From Planctomycetota bacterium (GTDB taxonomy: Bacteria > Planctomycetota > UBA1135 > JACQFD01), in NCBI GenBank assembly GCA_016792805.1, contig JAEUHX010000055.1, positions 17,481 through 81,480 on the forward strand: DNA of 64,000 nucleotides, given 5' to 3'. The notes below the pieces were generated by a model that was given only the letters and a program-made list of their open reading frames with translations, had not been told where the DNA came from and searched no databases. The stretch's first letter is position 1. Each line of letters starts with the position of its first letter. Position numbers and translations under genes: made by a program. Positions 62,336 to 64,000 of this stretch are shown in pieces.

Positions 62336-63997
62336 CTATCGCGGAATACCAGAAATCGCGATTTGTGTCGTCCCGCGAACGCGCGCCGACGGCCGCTCGA
62401 AAACCGGAGTGCCGTTCTCGCGCACGCGAATGGCGTAGCTGCCGGGCGCAAGATCAGAAATGGTGATCGACTCGCCGGCCTCCAGCGTGCGCTCCTCCGA
62501 AGGAGCTCCGTTCACGGAGAGCCGCAGACGCCTCCTCGAAGGAAGCTCATATTTCAGCGCGAGGGTCGCCGGGCCGAGCTCGGGGTCGCGTGTGAGCGAG
62601 ACGATCCCCAGGTCTCCCCCTTTCTCGGGCACCGGAAGCACCGCGCGGTCGAAGCCCGAGGCCTCGACGACGAGCGCAGCTGGAGTCCACATATCAGAGG
62701 TCTCGATACGGAACTCACCCTGGTAGCCCGATTCGCACTGCTTGCGCGCGCACGGCAGGATCGGAATGGCGAACCGGTTGAGCCCGCCGCAGTCGCGCAG
62801 CGCCCAATCCATTGCGCGCGCAATATTGGTGGATTCAATGCGCACACGGGCTCCCTGCAACGGTTTCCCGTCCGCCATCACAATTCCAGAGACGGCCCGT
62901 TTCCAAGAAAATTGAAAAATCGGACGCGAGAAGGCGGACGTGTCCCCCGCACGCAACAGAACGGGCCGCGTTCGCGGATCAGGCACTCCCGCCGTCGAGA
63001 AGGCGCTGGCGCGCAGATCGCGCTCGACGGGCAGTCCATCGATGCGCACCTGCTCGTCGCCCGGGCGAGGCGAAGAGATGACAAATTTCTCCCAAGGAAT
63101 CGAGAAGTCGCTCGGCGGATCGGCCGGCAGGACAACGAGCATCGGCGGCGCCGCTCCCGCCGTCGGCGCGCTGAGCTGCGCCACCAGCGGGTTGCTCTTC
63201 TCAAGACGAAACACCGCACGGTCGGTCTCGATGTAGTTTCCTGGGCGCAGGTTGAGGGTCGCGCGGCGCGTCGCGTGGCCATCCGCAGATATGTAGAGAA
63301 TTACATTTCCGGGTATGACGCCGTTGAAAAAGAACTTCCCGGTCTTGTCGGTCTCCGCGGCCAGCCCGTCGAGTTCCACGTGGGCGCGCTCGATCGGCGC
63401 GCCCTTGGGATCGAGCACTGTGCCGTGGACGTTGCCCGGCTGAAGCAGCGGGAGGTCGAAGTCTTCGGCCTGGCCATCGTGGATCGTCACGTCGCGCCGC
63501 GCTCGCCCGTGGACGGGCGACTCGAAATCCACGATTGCGGCGCCCGGATAGAGAAGCGGAAGCTCGTACTGCCCGTCGCTATTGGTGATCGCGCGCGCGC
63601 CCGCGTTGAGACCACCTGTAATCTTCACTTCTACGCCGCGCACGCCGCCGCGCTCGTCGAAGCATCTCCCTGAGAGCGAGCAGGTTCTCCCCGCGCCGAT
63701 CGCCGCCGAGCCGTCGGAGCTGGAGACCACCTCGGGGGCGAGCCACACAGCCACTTCGCTGAAGATCACCGAATCGGAGGCGGGCACCGAAGCGGCCGCG
63801 CCGGGGTCGAGCTCGGGGCCCTTGGGAGCCGGGCTCGGAGCCTCCGTGTCGATGGGCGGCTTCGGCGCCTCGCCGCCGGGATCCTGCTCGGAGAGGAGCA
63901 GCCACGCGGCGAGCCCGAGGGCCGCTGCAGCGCCCGCGCCGACCCCAAGGAGCGGGAGCGCGCTGCGCCGGGAAGTGGGATCGGGTCGAGGCGGCAT
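62336..63997 (-). CDS. N-terminally membrane-anchored protein with carboxypeptidase-regulatory-like (CarboxypepD_reg) domains
   Basis: TM is LPLLGVGAGAAAALGLAAWLLL. Units include GRCFDERGGVRGVEVKITGG...TNSDGQYELP and HGTVLDPKGAPIERAHVELDG...TDKTGKFFFNGV. Its stop abuts the DJ-1 gene stop (tag/cta). Confidence 0.7.
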   Translation of the reverse strand: MPPRPDPTSRRSALPLLGVGAGAAAALGLAAWLLLSEQDPGGEAPKPPIDTEAPSPAPKGPELDPGAAASVPASDSVIFSEVAVWLAPEVVSSSDGSAAIGAGRTCSLSGRCFDERGGVRGVEVKITGGLNAGARAITNSDGQYELPLLYPGAAIVDFESPVHGRARRDVTIHDGQAEDFDLPLLQPGNVHGTVLDPKGAPIERAHVELDGLAAETDKTGKFFFNGVIPGNVILYISADGHATRRATLNLRPGNYIETDRAVFRLEKSNPLVAQLSAPTAGAAPPMLVVLPADPPSDFSIPWEKFVISSPRPGDEQVRIDGLPVERDLRASAFSTAGVPDPRTRPVLLRAGDTSAFSRPIFQFSWKRAVSGIVMADGKPLQGARVRIESTNIARAMDWALRDCGGLNRFAIPILPCARKQCESGYQGEFRIETSDMWTPAALVVEASGFDRAVLPVPEKGGDLGIVSLTRDPELGPATLALKYELPSRRRLRLSVNGAPSEERTLEAGESITISDLAPGSYAIRVRENGTPVFERPSARVRGTTQIAISGIPR

Positions 63998-64000
63998 GGA

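Overview
This is 64 kb of very GC-rich bacterial chromosome. Typical 60-nt lines hand-count at about 75% G+C (for example 45/60 at 50041-50100). It is densely coding on both strands.

About 55 CDS can be supported. Most other ORFs in the track are Arg/Pro/Ala-rich shadow frames. I recognised no rRNA, tRNA, CRISPR array, transposase or integrase.

Content from left to right:
- Partial xylulokinase, then citrate synthase.
- A tandemly duplicated ABC-2 exporter (ATPase-permease twice) behind a GT-C-like membrane glycosyltransferase.
- A 1009-aa ECF-sigma::TM::carboxypeptidase-regulatory-repeat fusion.
- A type II P-type cation ATPase.
- An isolated flagellar hook module, fliK-flgD-flgE.
- A 1147-aa HEAT / two-ring Clp-type AAA+ / degenerate RF2-like fusion. 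This is the most unusual gene here. It is co-oriented with a Tat-exported aldo-keto reductase and an aminotransferase.
- Dienelactone hydrolase, PlsC, and an XdhC + MocA-like pair.
- A lipid-looking cluster: flippase-like::DinB fusion, SAM methyltransferase, ExbD-like lipoprotein.
- MltA.
- Three tandem paralogues of a small membrane-anchored protein, interleaved with two roughly 96% identical copies of a structured non-coding module.
- An OM beta-barrel, a sigma-like/ZAS-motif membrane protein, a DUF4185-like lipoprotein and a Kelch propeller.
- dapC-dapD-dapE.
- A MacB/FtsX-type ABC exporter and a prenyltransferase-like protein.
- An orphan radical-SAM/SPASM enzyme.
- A gene-poor, compositionally atypical island (hand counts down to 22/60 and 26/60 G+C) that includes a pseudo-receiver.
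- A GT-A glycosyltransferase, a TM-helix-repeat protein and glycerate 2-kinase.
- A Na+/solute symporter, histidine ammonia-lyase, a Cys-less DJ-1/PfpI protein, and another carboxypeptidase-regulatory-repeat protein.

The taxon cannot be determined from this window. It is a flagellated diderm, and any finer placement would be weak inference.

The ORF track accepts GTG as well as ATG and always reports the longest ORF. I trimmed many starts using signal peptides, 4-nt ATGA/GTGA overlaps and the onset of homology. All coordinates include the stop codon.
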